Assembly: GCA_951406725.2 (NCBI GenBank)
Contig: OX597823.1
Location: forward strand, 26,060,001 to 26,122,000
DNA length: 62,000 nucleotides
Origin: Octopus vulgaris
Lineage: Eukaryota
Direction: 5' to 3'
The notes under the pieces were generated by a model that saw only the letters and a program-made list of their open reading frames with translations, had not been told where the DNA came from and searched no databases. A program made the translations under genes and the position numbers. Positions 26,272-38,013 of the stretch are shown here, piece by piece (position 1 is the stretch's first letter; each line of letters starts with the position of its first letter).

Positions 26272-26701
26272 TATATATATATATTGGCTGGCAAATTGTT
26301 GTATTTTATATATAAGTAAGGTACAAAATAAGGTACATAATAATCACAGATAAAAATATTCACATACTTCCCATGTACATGCATACACATATACACAGGG
26401 TTCAAATGCTGCTTGATTTTTCTTCTCAGCGTTGAATATTCACCATCCCACTTCCATTGCACACACAACCACACACACAAACATTTACATGACTCCCTTT
26501 TATATACACACACACACATCATCATGCAGAGTTGAAATGCTGTTTGATTTTTTTTTTCACCATAGAACTTCCATCAACCCACAACCAGTTTGCCATCACT
26601 CCTTCCTTCCTTATTCATCTATCATCTCTTCCTTTCTCATTCATATGTTGTGATGGAAAAATACAGAGGAGTATTATTATAGTAGAAGATATGGAAGGTA
26701 A

Positions 26702-26742
26702 ATTAAATTAATACACTTGTTTGACAAGTGTATTAATTTAAT
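26702..26742. repeat. Perfect 19-bp-arm hairpin with 3-nt loop, lying between two copies of a ~300-bp direct duplication
   Basis: ATTAAATTAATACACTTGT-TTG-ACAAGTGTATTAATTTAAT. Confidence 0.9.
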
Positions 26743-27197
26743 ATAACTATATAGTATATATACTACAGAATCAAACACATGCATTCACATGCTTCCCTTG
26801 TACCTGCACACACATACACACATATACTCACACAGAGTTGAAATGCTGTTTGAATTTTCTTTTCAGCATTGAACATTCACCATCCCACTTCCATTGCACA
26901 CACACACACACACAAATACTCACACAGAGTTCAAATGCTGATTTTTTTTTCACCCCTTCCTTCATTATTCATCTATCACCCCTTCCTTTCTCATTCATAT
27001 GTGACGGAGAAAAACAGAAGACATATGATGCGCTCTTTATCACTTCCTCTTTCTCATTGCTATTACTTTCTCTCATTCCCTCTCAGTCAGGGCTATTATT
27101 CTCACTACTTCTCCTTCACTAAATTACTATTTTCTCTGCTCTCTCTTCACTTATACTACTCTTTCTCCTACTCCCTCCTGCGTGATTTTGGACAAAT

Positions 27198-27234
<37 letters not shown>

Positions 27235-27236
<2 letters not shown>

Positions 27237-27815
27237 TCTCACCGAGGAAATAACTAGAGACCGAGACCTATGGAAGTATGCTGTGCGTGAGAAGACCCGG
27301 CAGGGATGTAGCCAGTCCACTTATGCATACCTTTCCTTCTTGGAACACAAAACTCTACTTGTGAAGACCTGTTGAGGCAAGTGAGAATCAAAATCAAAAT
27401 CAAAATCAATCAACATCAATGGAAATTGTAGCTGTGATACCAGTGCTGGTGGCACGTAAGTGAACCATCCGAACGTGGCCATTGCCAGCATCGCCCTGAC
27501 AGGCCTCCATGCTGGTGGCACATAAAAAGCACCATCCGAACATGGCCGTTGCCAGCCTCGCCTGGCACGTAAAAAGCACCATCCGATCGTGGCCATATGC
27601 CAGCCTCATCTGGCACCTGTGCTGGTGGCACGTAAAAAGCACCCACTACACTCACGAAGTGGTTGGCGTTAGGAAGGGCATCCAGCCGTAGAAACATTGC
27701 TAGATCAGACTGGGCCTGGTGCAGCCTTCTGGCTTCCCAGACCCCAGTTGAACCGTCCAACCCATGCTAGCATGGAAAGCGGACACCAAATGATGATGAT
27801 GATGATGATGATGAT
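27235..27815 (+). mobile_element. RTE LINE extreme 3' end (GLTEEITRDRDLWKYAVREKT) plus 3' UTR VNTR and tail
   Basis: Homologous to the 3' end of 24374-26271; flanked by (TA)n on both sides. Confidence 0.9.
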
Positions 27816-27817
27816 GA

Positions 27818-27861
<44 letters not shown>

Positions 27862-28140
27862 TACATATATATAAATTAGAAAAAAAACCCCACTTTTTAT
27901 CAATTCAATAATGAAAAATTAAATTATACCATTTAGAAAAATTACATATTATAGAAAGATTAAATATAAGATAAAACATATAACGATGATTAAGTAATGT
28001 GCAAAACAATAAATAAAACATATAAATTATATACATATAAATAATAATTTTGGAAGTGTTGGTTGGATATCTGTTGCATGATGTCGCTTGATCGTGTGCA
28101 TATTTAACCCTAGCACTTTCAAGTTTTATAATTGGAAATG

Positions 28141-28198
28141 CTACACTGAAGAGAGAAGTAAGTAATTAAAACACTTTAATCTCAAAACATGTCTGTGA
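28141..28198 (+). ncRNA. Type I hammerhead ribozyme motif with a G12A core change
   Basis: TACA-CTGAAGA-GAGA...TCTC-AAAA-C-AT-GTC-TGTG: stems I and II pair, palindromic ACATGT stem III, GUC triplet. Confidence 0.65.
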
Positions 28199-28396
28199 CT
28201 AATTAGAGTCATGTTGATTCATTATTTTTCTCTTTGCCTACGTAAAAAAGTGTGTTACTGTTGTGGAGATTCTTACAGTAGTAGAAAAAGAATTTTTAAC
28301 TCCTATTTCTAAATTCGGTATGCGGTGAAGCAATTAGCTGACCCCAAATTATAATTATGTTTATAATTATAGAACATTTGTATATATTTGTATATA

Positions 28397-28775
28397 AGGC
28401 AGAGGAGTGGCTGTGTGGTAAGTAGCTTGTTTACGAACCACATGGTTTCGGGTTCAGTCCCACTGCGTGGCACCTTGGGCAAGTGTCTTCTACTATAGCC
28501 TCGGGTTGATAAAGCCTTGTGAGTGGATTTGGTAGACGGAAACTGAAAGAAGCTCGTCGTATATATGTATATATATATATGTGTGTGTGTCCGTGTTTGC
28601 CCCCCCCCCCCATCGCTTGACAACCGTAACTTACCGGTTCGGCAAAAGCGACTGATAGAATAAGTACTAGGCTTACAAAGAATAAGTCCGGGGGTCGATT
28701 CACTTGACTAAAGGCAGTGCTCCAGCATGGCCACAGTCAAATAACTGAAACAAGTAAAATAGTAAAAATAGTATA
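28397..28775 (+). mobile_element. tRNA-derived SINE, full length
   Basis: A/B-box-like head, internal (TA)/(GT) tract, AGTAAAA repeat tail; partial copies at about 3130, 11930, 12400, 22415, 40785, 59215. Confidence 0.85.
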
Positions 28776-29462
28776 TACAAATATATAAAAACACTATGCT
28801 CATTATTATATTAGAAGATTGAAGAAATTAGAGTCATTATGCAAACTAACAGTTGCATAATCAAATAGCTGTATTCTTGGAGAACTATGTTGCATTGAAA
28901 CAACTGTAATGAATAATAAATAAATGTCTAATTGTACTTCTTCTTGACTCCAATTTCTTCAATTTTACATTCACACACAATGAATGCCTAAACTTGGAAG
29001 TATATAATAATACTACCGATAGTACTGGGCAATTCTGATGGTGAATGAGCTTTATACTGTATTCTACCATGTTCCTAACAGAATATAACATAACTATATA
29101 TATATATATATCTTATATTAACTTTTTAATACTTTTTGATAGTTATATATATTTAAATTTTTTTTAAATGTTTAAAAAATTTTAATTTTAAAAGTTTAAA
29201 AAATTTTTAATTTATTGATTTAAATTTTTAAAATATTTAAAACAATATAAAAATTTATAAATATAAATTAATAATTTTAAATTTAAATAATTTAAATTTT
29301 GAATTTTATATTTTATATATTTTGTATATTATATTAATTATTTTTATTTTTATGTTTTGGTTTATGTTTTTCACTGTTTGATTTGCATAATAGTGGTTTT
29401 ATCTCTAATATAATTTATATATATATATACTTGAAGTGTACAATATTACATATCCATTATAG

Positions 29463-29551
29463 CCAACCTTACCAACTGGTTTCACACTAGGAGTTCAGTG
29501 AAGCGTTAGGTAATAGTCCGATTATGTAACCCTGTGCTCTTCAGTGATGGT
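29463..29551 (-). ncRNA. Type I hammerhead ribozyme motif with intact catalytic core
   Basis: CTGAAGA (29544-29538), stem II GCAC-AGG/CCT-A-GTGT, GAAA (29483-29480), stem III ACC-AGTT-GGT, GUA triplet, imperfect stem I; lies at the 3' end of a degenerate coding-like segment extending to about 29960. Confidence 0.6.
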
Positions 29552-31205
29552 AGTTATGGAATACAATATGGCAACTGGTCTCTATTGTTGGAGGTGAGCA
29601 GAAACATGTGGCTGGTGGTTGCTGTGAAAAAGACAATGAAATGAACAGAACAAGAGTTATGTCCCTTGGTACCAAAATGCTATCTCTGGAGGTGTTGCAA
29701 GGTGACAAGACTTTCCTGGAAAAGAGTGTATGGAATGTGTACAGTGGTATTATATGTGCAGCATCTTGGGGGTGGGGTGGGGGACCAAAGGCTGCATACA
29801 CATTTGTGTTTGATTCTGTAGTTTTTCTTTTATGTTTTCAAGGTTGAGTCTCTCTAAGAAGATGATGAAGAACAGCAATGTTTGGGGACTCGTGACCCAG
29901 GAGAAGCTCCTCTGACTTAAGCAAACATAATCAAACAGATGTCGAAAAAAGTAGTATTGATGCAACCTGGGATGTATAATATGTCTACATTTGTGTCTCC
30001 CCACAATTTGTGTGTGTGTGTGTGTGTGTCTCTCTCTATTTCTCTCTTACCTGCAGACTTGTAGATACAAAGATACAATCACTGTCCTCTTCCACTATTC
30101 CCTTCGCTTCCACCCTTTCACTCTAATCACTGTATCTTTCCCATCACTGTCTCTCTTCTTTCACCCTCTCACCATGGTTCTTTTTCTGGGACCACCCAGT
30201 CTTGTATTTACTCTCTTGATCACGATGCCTTAAACAAATAAAACAATACATATATAATGCAGAAAGTCTTTAATTGCAGCATCAAAAACAGCAAAGTTGC
30301 CTTTCACTGGTCTTTTGCAAGACAACCTCACTTGTGTTATTGTCACAATAAAGTACATTCAGCATGTACTCTAAGGTGGTTAGTGAATGAATGGATACAG
30401 TGTGGGATTAAGAAGAACCATTTAGTCTCAACATGAACATGATGACCTCTCTAGTACTATGTGTCACATGATAAAATACACCCACTTAACTTTTTAAAGT
30501 GGTTGGTGTTATGAAGGGCTTTAGAAAATATGCCAAAATTGGAATATACAAGTGAGATATGGTCACCATGAGTAAGTCACATGTTTCTTCTTCTCCCAAA
30601 CTGGCTGGCTGACAAACAGGTTCTTCACACTTTGTTAAGTGGTTGGCATTAGGAAGGGCATCCAGCGGTAGAAACCATGCTACAACAGACAACTGGAGTT
30701 TGGACAGCTCCCTGGCTGGCCAGCTCTATGTCAAACCGTCCAACCCATGCCAGTACGGAAAGTGGACATTAAACGATGATGATGAAGGGTTAGCAGTAGG
30801 GAGGTGTATTCTATTATAATATATTCTATTATTTGTTCATTACTGTTCAAATGTCAAAATTTGCAAAGACTGTTCCAGACATGATAGCAGAAAATTTAAT
30901 GAAAAAGCAATTTTTTAAAAATCAATATATAATTGAATAATTTTTCAAAATCCATTTTGTCTGTTCAATCATAGAAAAATTGGAATATACATTAAAAAAA
31001 AAATGCATCATGTAAACATGATTTTTTTCTTTTACTAAATTGAAGGAGATGGATCTCTAATCAAATTTTTGTAGTGGATTTAATGATGTAGAAAGTACTA
31101 AGATTGCAGTGGAGATCAATGGCAGAGGTGGTAGGACATAAGAACTAAATGCTAAACAGTATTTTGTTTTGTTCTTCAATGTTCTGAATTCAAATATTGT
31201 CAAGC

Positions 31206-32280
31206 TGTCTTCACAATTCATCTTACTTCAATTAAATACCATTCATTTACTGGGGTTGATTCAATTAACTGCATATCTCTTCTACAAGTTTGTAGCCTGG
31301 TGCTAATGTTTTATAATTGATGATAATTGAGAATGATGGGTGTGTCAATTAAAGAATGGTGAATGGTAGGCGTTGAAGAATAAAACTCTTCTATCAATTA
31401 CTAAACACTGGAAAACAAAATAGTTTAATCATATATTACAACACTATAATACCCTACAAACAGATATAGCAAGCCAGATCTCACTCAAATTTCACCCTCA
31501 TTTCTTAAAAAGGACAAATTAGATTATGTATTTCAAGATAACCTATGCCTGAAAAGTGATTGGGTGATCAAGGCTAGAATGCTTATTTTATTTTTGCTCA
31601 CTCAGGGTTATCTTAGGGTTAAACCAGTGGTTCTCAAACTTTTTGGGGCTGCCACACCCTTGATACCCAGGCCACATTCCTAGTGGCCCCACCTCAACTA
31701 ATCATCACAAACACAGACCCATTTCTGAAGCAAATTCAAAGCAACTGTATTTAACAAATAAAACTTAACCTAATTAATGAACCCATTATTTTGTTTTTAC
31801 GTGAATTGCTACCCCATAATCACCCCACTTTTTACATGAATCACTACCCCATTATCGCCGCACTTTTCTTTAGCACCCCTTTGGAACTTTCCACCACCCT
31901 CAGGGAGGCAATATCACCCACTTTGGGAACCACTGGTTTAAACATTGACAGCAATAACAGTAACAACAATCTCTTGCTAATATGGTCAGCCATGAACAAA
32001 CAACCACTGAAAGAGTTCTAGGAAGATCGTAAAGGTTGTGGCTGAGCAACAGTAAGAAATGTACTGAGGAGACGACAACGGAAAACATTCATAGAAAAGT
32101 TTTATTCTTCGAAGTCTACAATTCATCATCCTTTAATTGACACACCCATCATTCTCAATTATCATCAAATATAAAACATTAGCACCAGGCTACAAACTTG
32201 TAGAAGAGATGAGCAGTTAACTAAATCAACCCCAGAATATGAATGATATTTAATTGAAAGGAGATGAATAGTGAAGATAA
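31206..32280. repeat. Inverted duplication: arms about 31206-31394 and 32091-32280
   Basis: 80-bp core (31275-31354 vs 32131-32210) with one mismatch; flanking parts of the arms are clearly more diverged. Confidence 0.9.
31625..31935. mobile_element. hAT (Charlie-type) MITE
   Basis: TIRs CAGTGGTTCTCAAA / TTTGGGAACCACTG; 8-bp TSD GGTTAAAC / GTTTAAAC. Confidence 0.9.
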
Positions 32281-34692
32281 CAAAATTGATGACTGGGATA
32301 GATGAAAGGAGAAGGTTGTGCCTCTTGTTGTGAGCTAATGGATTTTGATTGCCTTGGTAGCAAAATTAACATAGAGTTGGACAAAATGTCTTGCCAATAC
32401 TATTTTTTAGAGCTCTTTCACATTCTGTGGTCAAATTCTTCCACATTAGACTTTGCCTTTTATTCTTCAAAGGTTGATGAAATAACCGCCTTACAAACAC
32501 TTTAGGTGAATGGCTATACCACTCGCCCAAATTTCTGTTAATTTTATCACAAGATCAACTCATCATCTTCCTTTGGAAAGAAAAATGGGTAGTTTTCATC
32601 TCTAGTGGGTGCAATGAAAGAAATTGTGAGGTGGACAAGGTTGAAATGCTTGAGGATAGATATTTTCTTTCTCAGGCCAAATCCTCATCAACTTTTTCAA
32701 ATATCATTCAAAGGAGAAGGTAAGTGTAGACTGAGAGATACTGATCTTTAGTGTATTTTATGAAGTTTATGGTGAGTGAGAGTGGCAAAACTGCCATGGT
32801 TAAATGAACTTACACCATTTGCTTGCAGACAGGTGGCAAAACTGGGATAAAGCACTGGCCTTTGTGATCCAGGTTGAATCACCATTAGTGGACGCCCATC
32901 CTTCTTTTAAAGGGTTTTTCTTGTCTTTATTTTGCTGTTCTGTGCTGTTAGTCTTGTTAGTGTTGTTCAGTGCTCTTATTTAATACCTATTTATGTATGT
33001 TTTCACTGTATTTGTTGATCATATTTTTTTTACTTATGTAAACTTACCACTATTTCTCGTTTCTCTCTTTTTTTTTTTTGTATTTTACCTTGGCACTATC
33101 CCAACGTCTTCAGTCTTTGTGGCCACTGAAGTCGTCGTCATCATCATCATTATCATCATTATCCATTATTCAGAAGAAAATGGAATCAATAGTTCCAGAC
33201 AAAATTTTGTAATATTCAATTTATCTCCCTTTACGTTCTTGGTTCAAATCCCGCTGGAGTTGAATTTTCCTTTGATCTTTCTAGGGCCAATAAGGCAAAT
33301 ACATATCAAGTTCTCAGTTTTGATTCAATCTACTTAAACCTCCTTTAAAACTATATAGCATTATGTCAATATCAGAAATCATTACAGAGTAAAAAATCGT
33401 AGCAATTGTTATAGTTAATGTTGGCAGATGTTTAGGGAGTGTTAGCATCACCTTGTAACTTGAGTAAAATGAATTTTCGGAGAATTTGATATAGAATTTC
33501 TGGTTTAGTATTTCATCTATTTATATATAAATCTAAAAGAGTTATATGTCGCTGTGGGATCTCATGCACCATTGGACTGTCAGTGATACATTCTGCTGAG
33601 GGATGCACACCACAAACAGCTTTTTGACTTGTACTGTTTCTCAGTATTTATAATATATAGAAACAGTATAAGCTAACGAGGGAGCATCTACATAGTCATT
33701 CAGCTTGCTAGAAATAGCAGTCAAATCTCTTTCAAATTACATTTTGTCTTAAAAATAGGATACATTTGATAATGTTGTCCTGGGTTCACTGTATATAGGA
33801 AAAGGACAGGATGATCACAGCTAGAGTGTCTTTGGTCAAAGTCTGCTTGATCAGGACTGCTATATCGTAACCCATACAAAATAATAACAGCATCAATAAC
33901 TTGATTAGTTTCAAACACTGTGCTGGGGTGTACATCATCAGTAATAAGTACAAAAGCACAAAACTGTTTTGAGTGAATCCACCTTATCTACTTCTGCTGT
34001 TACTCTACCTGCTAGAAAGAGCAGTTAAATTTCCTACAAATTACATGCTACCATCTTAAAAAAGGAAGAGCATTAGAGAATGCACATGAGACAACATTGG
34101 GATGTTCATGACTGAAATGCTTTTGATTGTAGGTGTGCTCAGTCTGGGCTGAACTGAAGGTAAATTGCTACAACTGGACATATACTGGACAAACAACAAA
34201 TAACAACAACAACAAACTTATACACTGCATAATGTAGAAACCATGCTTTTAGTCTGAAATAAAGATGGGATGATCACAGCTGGATTGTATTTGATCACAG
34301 ATCTGCTTAGTCAGGCTTGGTCTGAACTAAACTACAACAGCCATAGACAAGTTTTGGATAATGTAGTTCTGAACACACTGTCACTGAAAGACAAAAAAAA
34401 AAAAGTGGGATGGTCATGGAAGGAACAATTACGATTTTCATCATGTGTTTGTTAGATCAGGGCTGATGGAGGGAGAGGTGGGGGGTGCTAACAAAGAAAC
34501 ACTGAGTGGGAGTGGTGGAAAATAGGCAACATGCTTCAAATGTCACGTTGTACTTCTTAATGATAACAACTGCATGTCTAAGTGGTTGCCAACAATGCAG
34601 AGGCATTGTATATTGAGAGTTACAGAATCTGTGAATCCCTCTCAGTTGTCTCACCAGCAACTTAATGCACTATGATGATATATATATATATA

Positions 34693-35120
34693 CAAGGTGT
34701 AATGGGTAAATTGTTGTCATTTTATATTTTTAATTTCGTTCATGCACATTGATTGTTTTTGATTTTGTTGACTACACAGTATAGTAGGGTCAGTTGGGCA
34801 CCATCTGTGAGAAAAACAGCACCATGACGCAATTCACTCTGCCATAAATTTGGAAATGACATACTGTACTGCTTGGCATTTGTGCTGGAAGCTTCAATAC
34901 GAACATTTCAATGTGTTTGGGGATCAATCTGAGGACATGTACCGAGAGTGATAAAAATGAAACATCCAGTCAATATCATGGTGTTTGGAGTGATCACTAG
35001 CAATGGCAACATTATGCCTCCATTCATCTTCCCACATGGCCTCACACTCAACATGGAGGCCTACATCAAGTGCCCGGAAGAGGCAGTGCTGCCCTGGTTC
35101 AAGAGGGTGGCACTCAGGTG
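34693..35120 (+). mobile_element. maT/DD37D-type transposon, deleted and truncated
   Basis: TA|CAAGGTG start; KHPVNIMVFGVITSNGNIMPPFIFPHGL..N.EAYIKC.EE.VLPW matches the DD37D catalytic region. Confidence 0.8.
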
Positions 35121-35199
35121 CACTACAACTCATCAGAAAAAATAACTAAAAGTACATGAAAAGTACACAGAATAGAATAGAATAAGTCATTAAAAAGAA

Positions 35200-35720
35200 A
35201 AGAGGGAGCAGGGACATTAGGTGTACTGCTGGAAAATTTCAGGAAGCATGGAAATTTTGAAGGATGTAGTGTTCTGACAATCAACCACTGATATAGGTAA
35301 TCTAATCTATACTTCAGCAATTCTGAACATGAAAAAGTGTTTCCAAAAGTCATGTGAGTTATGTTTTTTTTTTGATTTTGTAAGAATGTCCATGAGTAAA
35401 CATGCTTACAAAATCAAAAAAGTGCCCAAGATTATTGTTAGAAGGATGGTGGATAATCTTGTTGGGGTCCATGAAATCAGATGCCAGATGGTGGAGAGTC
35501 AATGTGTCCATACCCAGGGAAGCAATACATTCAGAGTATGGTAGATGCCTGATGGTGGGATTCATCTAGTTGCACGTTTCTGAATAGTTTCCAGGAGACT
35601 GCTATGCTGAGAAAGATAGGGCTTCCAGACTGGTGATGCAAACATTAAGTGCAGATGTACCATAGCCATATACAGCTTTAAATAAATAGCTGGAGAGTGG
35701 CTGACCAAGATCTTACTTCA
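35200..35720 (-). mobile_element. CR1-type LINE 3' end
   Basis: FASPVWKPYL..LETIQKRATR..IRHLPYSE; HGHSYKIKK..KHFF..RI..LP.SVV. Confidence 0.85.
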
Positions 35721-35730
35721 GCATTCTTGA

Positions 35731-35786
<56 letters not shown>

Positions 35787-36109
35787 ATTGGCATGCTGTC
35801 ACTTAGGACGACATGGGTTCCAGCTGATCCAATCAACAGAACAGCTTGCTCATGAGATTAACATGCAAGTGGCTGAGCACTCCACAGACATGTGTAGCCA
35901 TTCACATACTTCTCAGAGAGATTTAGCATGACACAGAGTGTGACAAGGCTAGCCCCTTGAAATACAGGTACTACTCACTTTTGCCAGCTGAGTGGACTGG
36001 AGCACCGTGAAATAAAGTGTCTTGCTCAAGGACACAATGCACTGCCAAGAATCGAACTTGTGACCCTACAATCATGAGCCAAATACCCTAACCACTAGGT
36101 GACATGCCT

Positions 36110-36144
<35 letters not shown>

Positions 36145-36245
36145 CAATCAAAATCACCCCATTTTGAATTATATGGATAATACCATACTAAATTCTGTGC
36201 CTTTAACTTAAGTACCATATTCAACTGAATCTAAATTTTACTGAA

Positions 36246-36295
<50 letters not shown>

Positions 36296-36299
36296 CATA

Positions 36300-37979
36300 C
36301 AGGGATTGGACCAAATAATGGAAACACCTAGCATCATAATTTTGAAATATCTATAAAACCATCAAAAGCTTGTTTATTTTTATGTTTTCTGATTTATTAT
36401 TAGTGTTGCTTAATATGTTTTGCTAACATTGCTGTTTCTTTTCAGATATCATCAGAAAAAGGTAATTAAAATTCATTAAAATGACAGATCTATCGGACTT
36501 TCAAAGAGGTCAAATTGTTGGTGCTCGTATGGCAGGTGCTAGCATAACGAAAACAGCTGAAATGTTTGGTGTATCAAGAAGTACTGTCTCAAAAGTAATG
36601 ACAGCCTTTGAGAAAGTGGGAAAAACCTCCTTGTCAAAACAAAACTCTGGAAGAAAACCAAAACTTTCAGATAGGGATTGTTGGATTCTTACGCGAATCA
36701 TTAGAAAGGATCACAAAAGTACAGCTCCCAAAATTACTGCTTGTACTTGTACTTGTACTTACATTCACCCTGGGCGGGTTGAATCGGCTTCTTCTACCAC
36801 CCTCGAGGCATCTTGAACTATGGCAGTGGAAGAAATTTCGTGGGAATATGAATTTCACAAGCAGTCCCCAACAATCCCGCATGTAGAGACATCCTGTTTG
36901 CTGCAGATTGTCCGCAGATGCAGGGACAGAACGACCAAGGAGCCACCGGTTGCTGAAACAGACACTCCGAGGATTTTCACCAGAGCCCCGTCTGCCGGGT
37001 TGTGGACCTAATACCACTCGGTGTCAGACCAATCCGCCTTGGGTGGCCCAACCAGGAACCGAAGTTCCTGACGGCATAGCTCTGACACTACCCGTTGCCA
37101 GCGTCCCCACCACGGTGAGGAGGGGATGGGCAAAATTACTGCAGAGCTTAATGACCACTTTGAGAACCCAGTTTCCTCAAAAACTGTTGGCCAGGAGCTG
37201 CACAGAGCCAGATTTCATGGGAGGGCTGCAATCAGAAAACCACTACTTTCAAAAACAAACGTTGCAATGCATTTAGAGTGGAGTAAAAACCTACAGAATT
37301 GGTCCCTAGAGCAGTGGAAGAATGTTATTTTTTTGGACAAGTCATCCTTTACCTTATTTCCAAACACTGACCGAGTATACATGTGGAAACAGCCAAAAGA
37401 AGCATTTGACCCAGACTACCTTCTTCCAACTGTTAAACATGGAGGAGGATCTGTGGTGATCTGGAGGGGGGGGGGGGGCTATATCTTGGAAATCCGCTGG
37501 CCCAATAGTTTCCCTTCATGGCAGAATTAATAGTCAAGTCTATTTAAGCATTTTATCTGATCAAATTCATCCTATGGTTGTGGAACTGTTTCCAGAGGGA
37601 AATGCAATCTTTCAAGATGATTGATAATGTACCAATTCACACAACTAAAGTTGTTATTGAATGGCATGAGGAATATTCTAGTGAAGTTGAACATTTTATC
37701 TGGCCACCACAGTCCCCAGATCTCAATATTATTGAACATTTATGGTAAATTTTAGAAAAACAAGTAAGGAGTCGATATTCTCCACCATCATCACTACAAG
37801 AACTGGAGACTGTTTTAGTTGAAGAATGGACAAAAATTCTTTTGGAAACAATTCAAACTTTGTACGAATTCATACCTTGTAGAATTCAAGCTGTAATTAT
37901 TGCCAAAGGTGGTCCTACCCCATATTAAAATTAATTTGTTTGAAATTTTAAGGTGTTTCCATTATTTTGTCCAACCACA

Positions 37980-37980
<1 letters not shown>
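36300..37980 (+). mobile_element. Tc1-family (DD34E) transposon, full span, transposase disrupted
   Basis: TIRs C(A/T)G(G/T)G(A/G)TTGGAC(C/A)AAATAATGGAAACACC with TA flanks; MTDLSDFQRGQIVGAR..GRKPKL, WKNVIF.DKS, TVKHGGGSVVIW, WPPQSPDLNIIE. Confidence 0.95.
36741..37130 (-). mobile_element. 5'-truncated non-LTR retrotransposon nested in the Tc1 ORF (RTE/SR2-like end)
   Basis: 12-bp TSD CAAAATTACTGC (36729-40 and 37131-42), (TACAAG)n tail, EEADSTRPG* terminus, GC- and CpG-rich. Confidence 0.85.

Positions 37981-38013
<33 letters not shown>

Noticed and set aside
32520-32985. Plus-strand two-exon model ending in a hydrophobic tail (RPNPHQLFQISFKGE / DRWQNWDKALAF...)
   Set aside because: A long stop-interrupted frame also runs on the minus strand across the supposed intron, as expected for a decayed TE; no homology recognised. 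Unresolved, needs blastx.
35123-35353. 76-aa ORF with a strong acceptor
   Set aside because: Alternative frame of the CR1 C-terminus.
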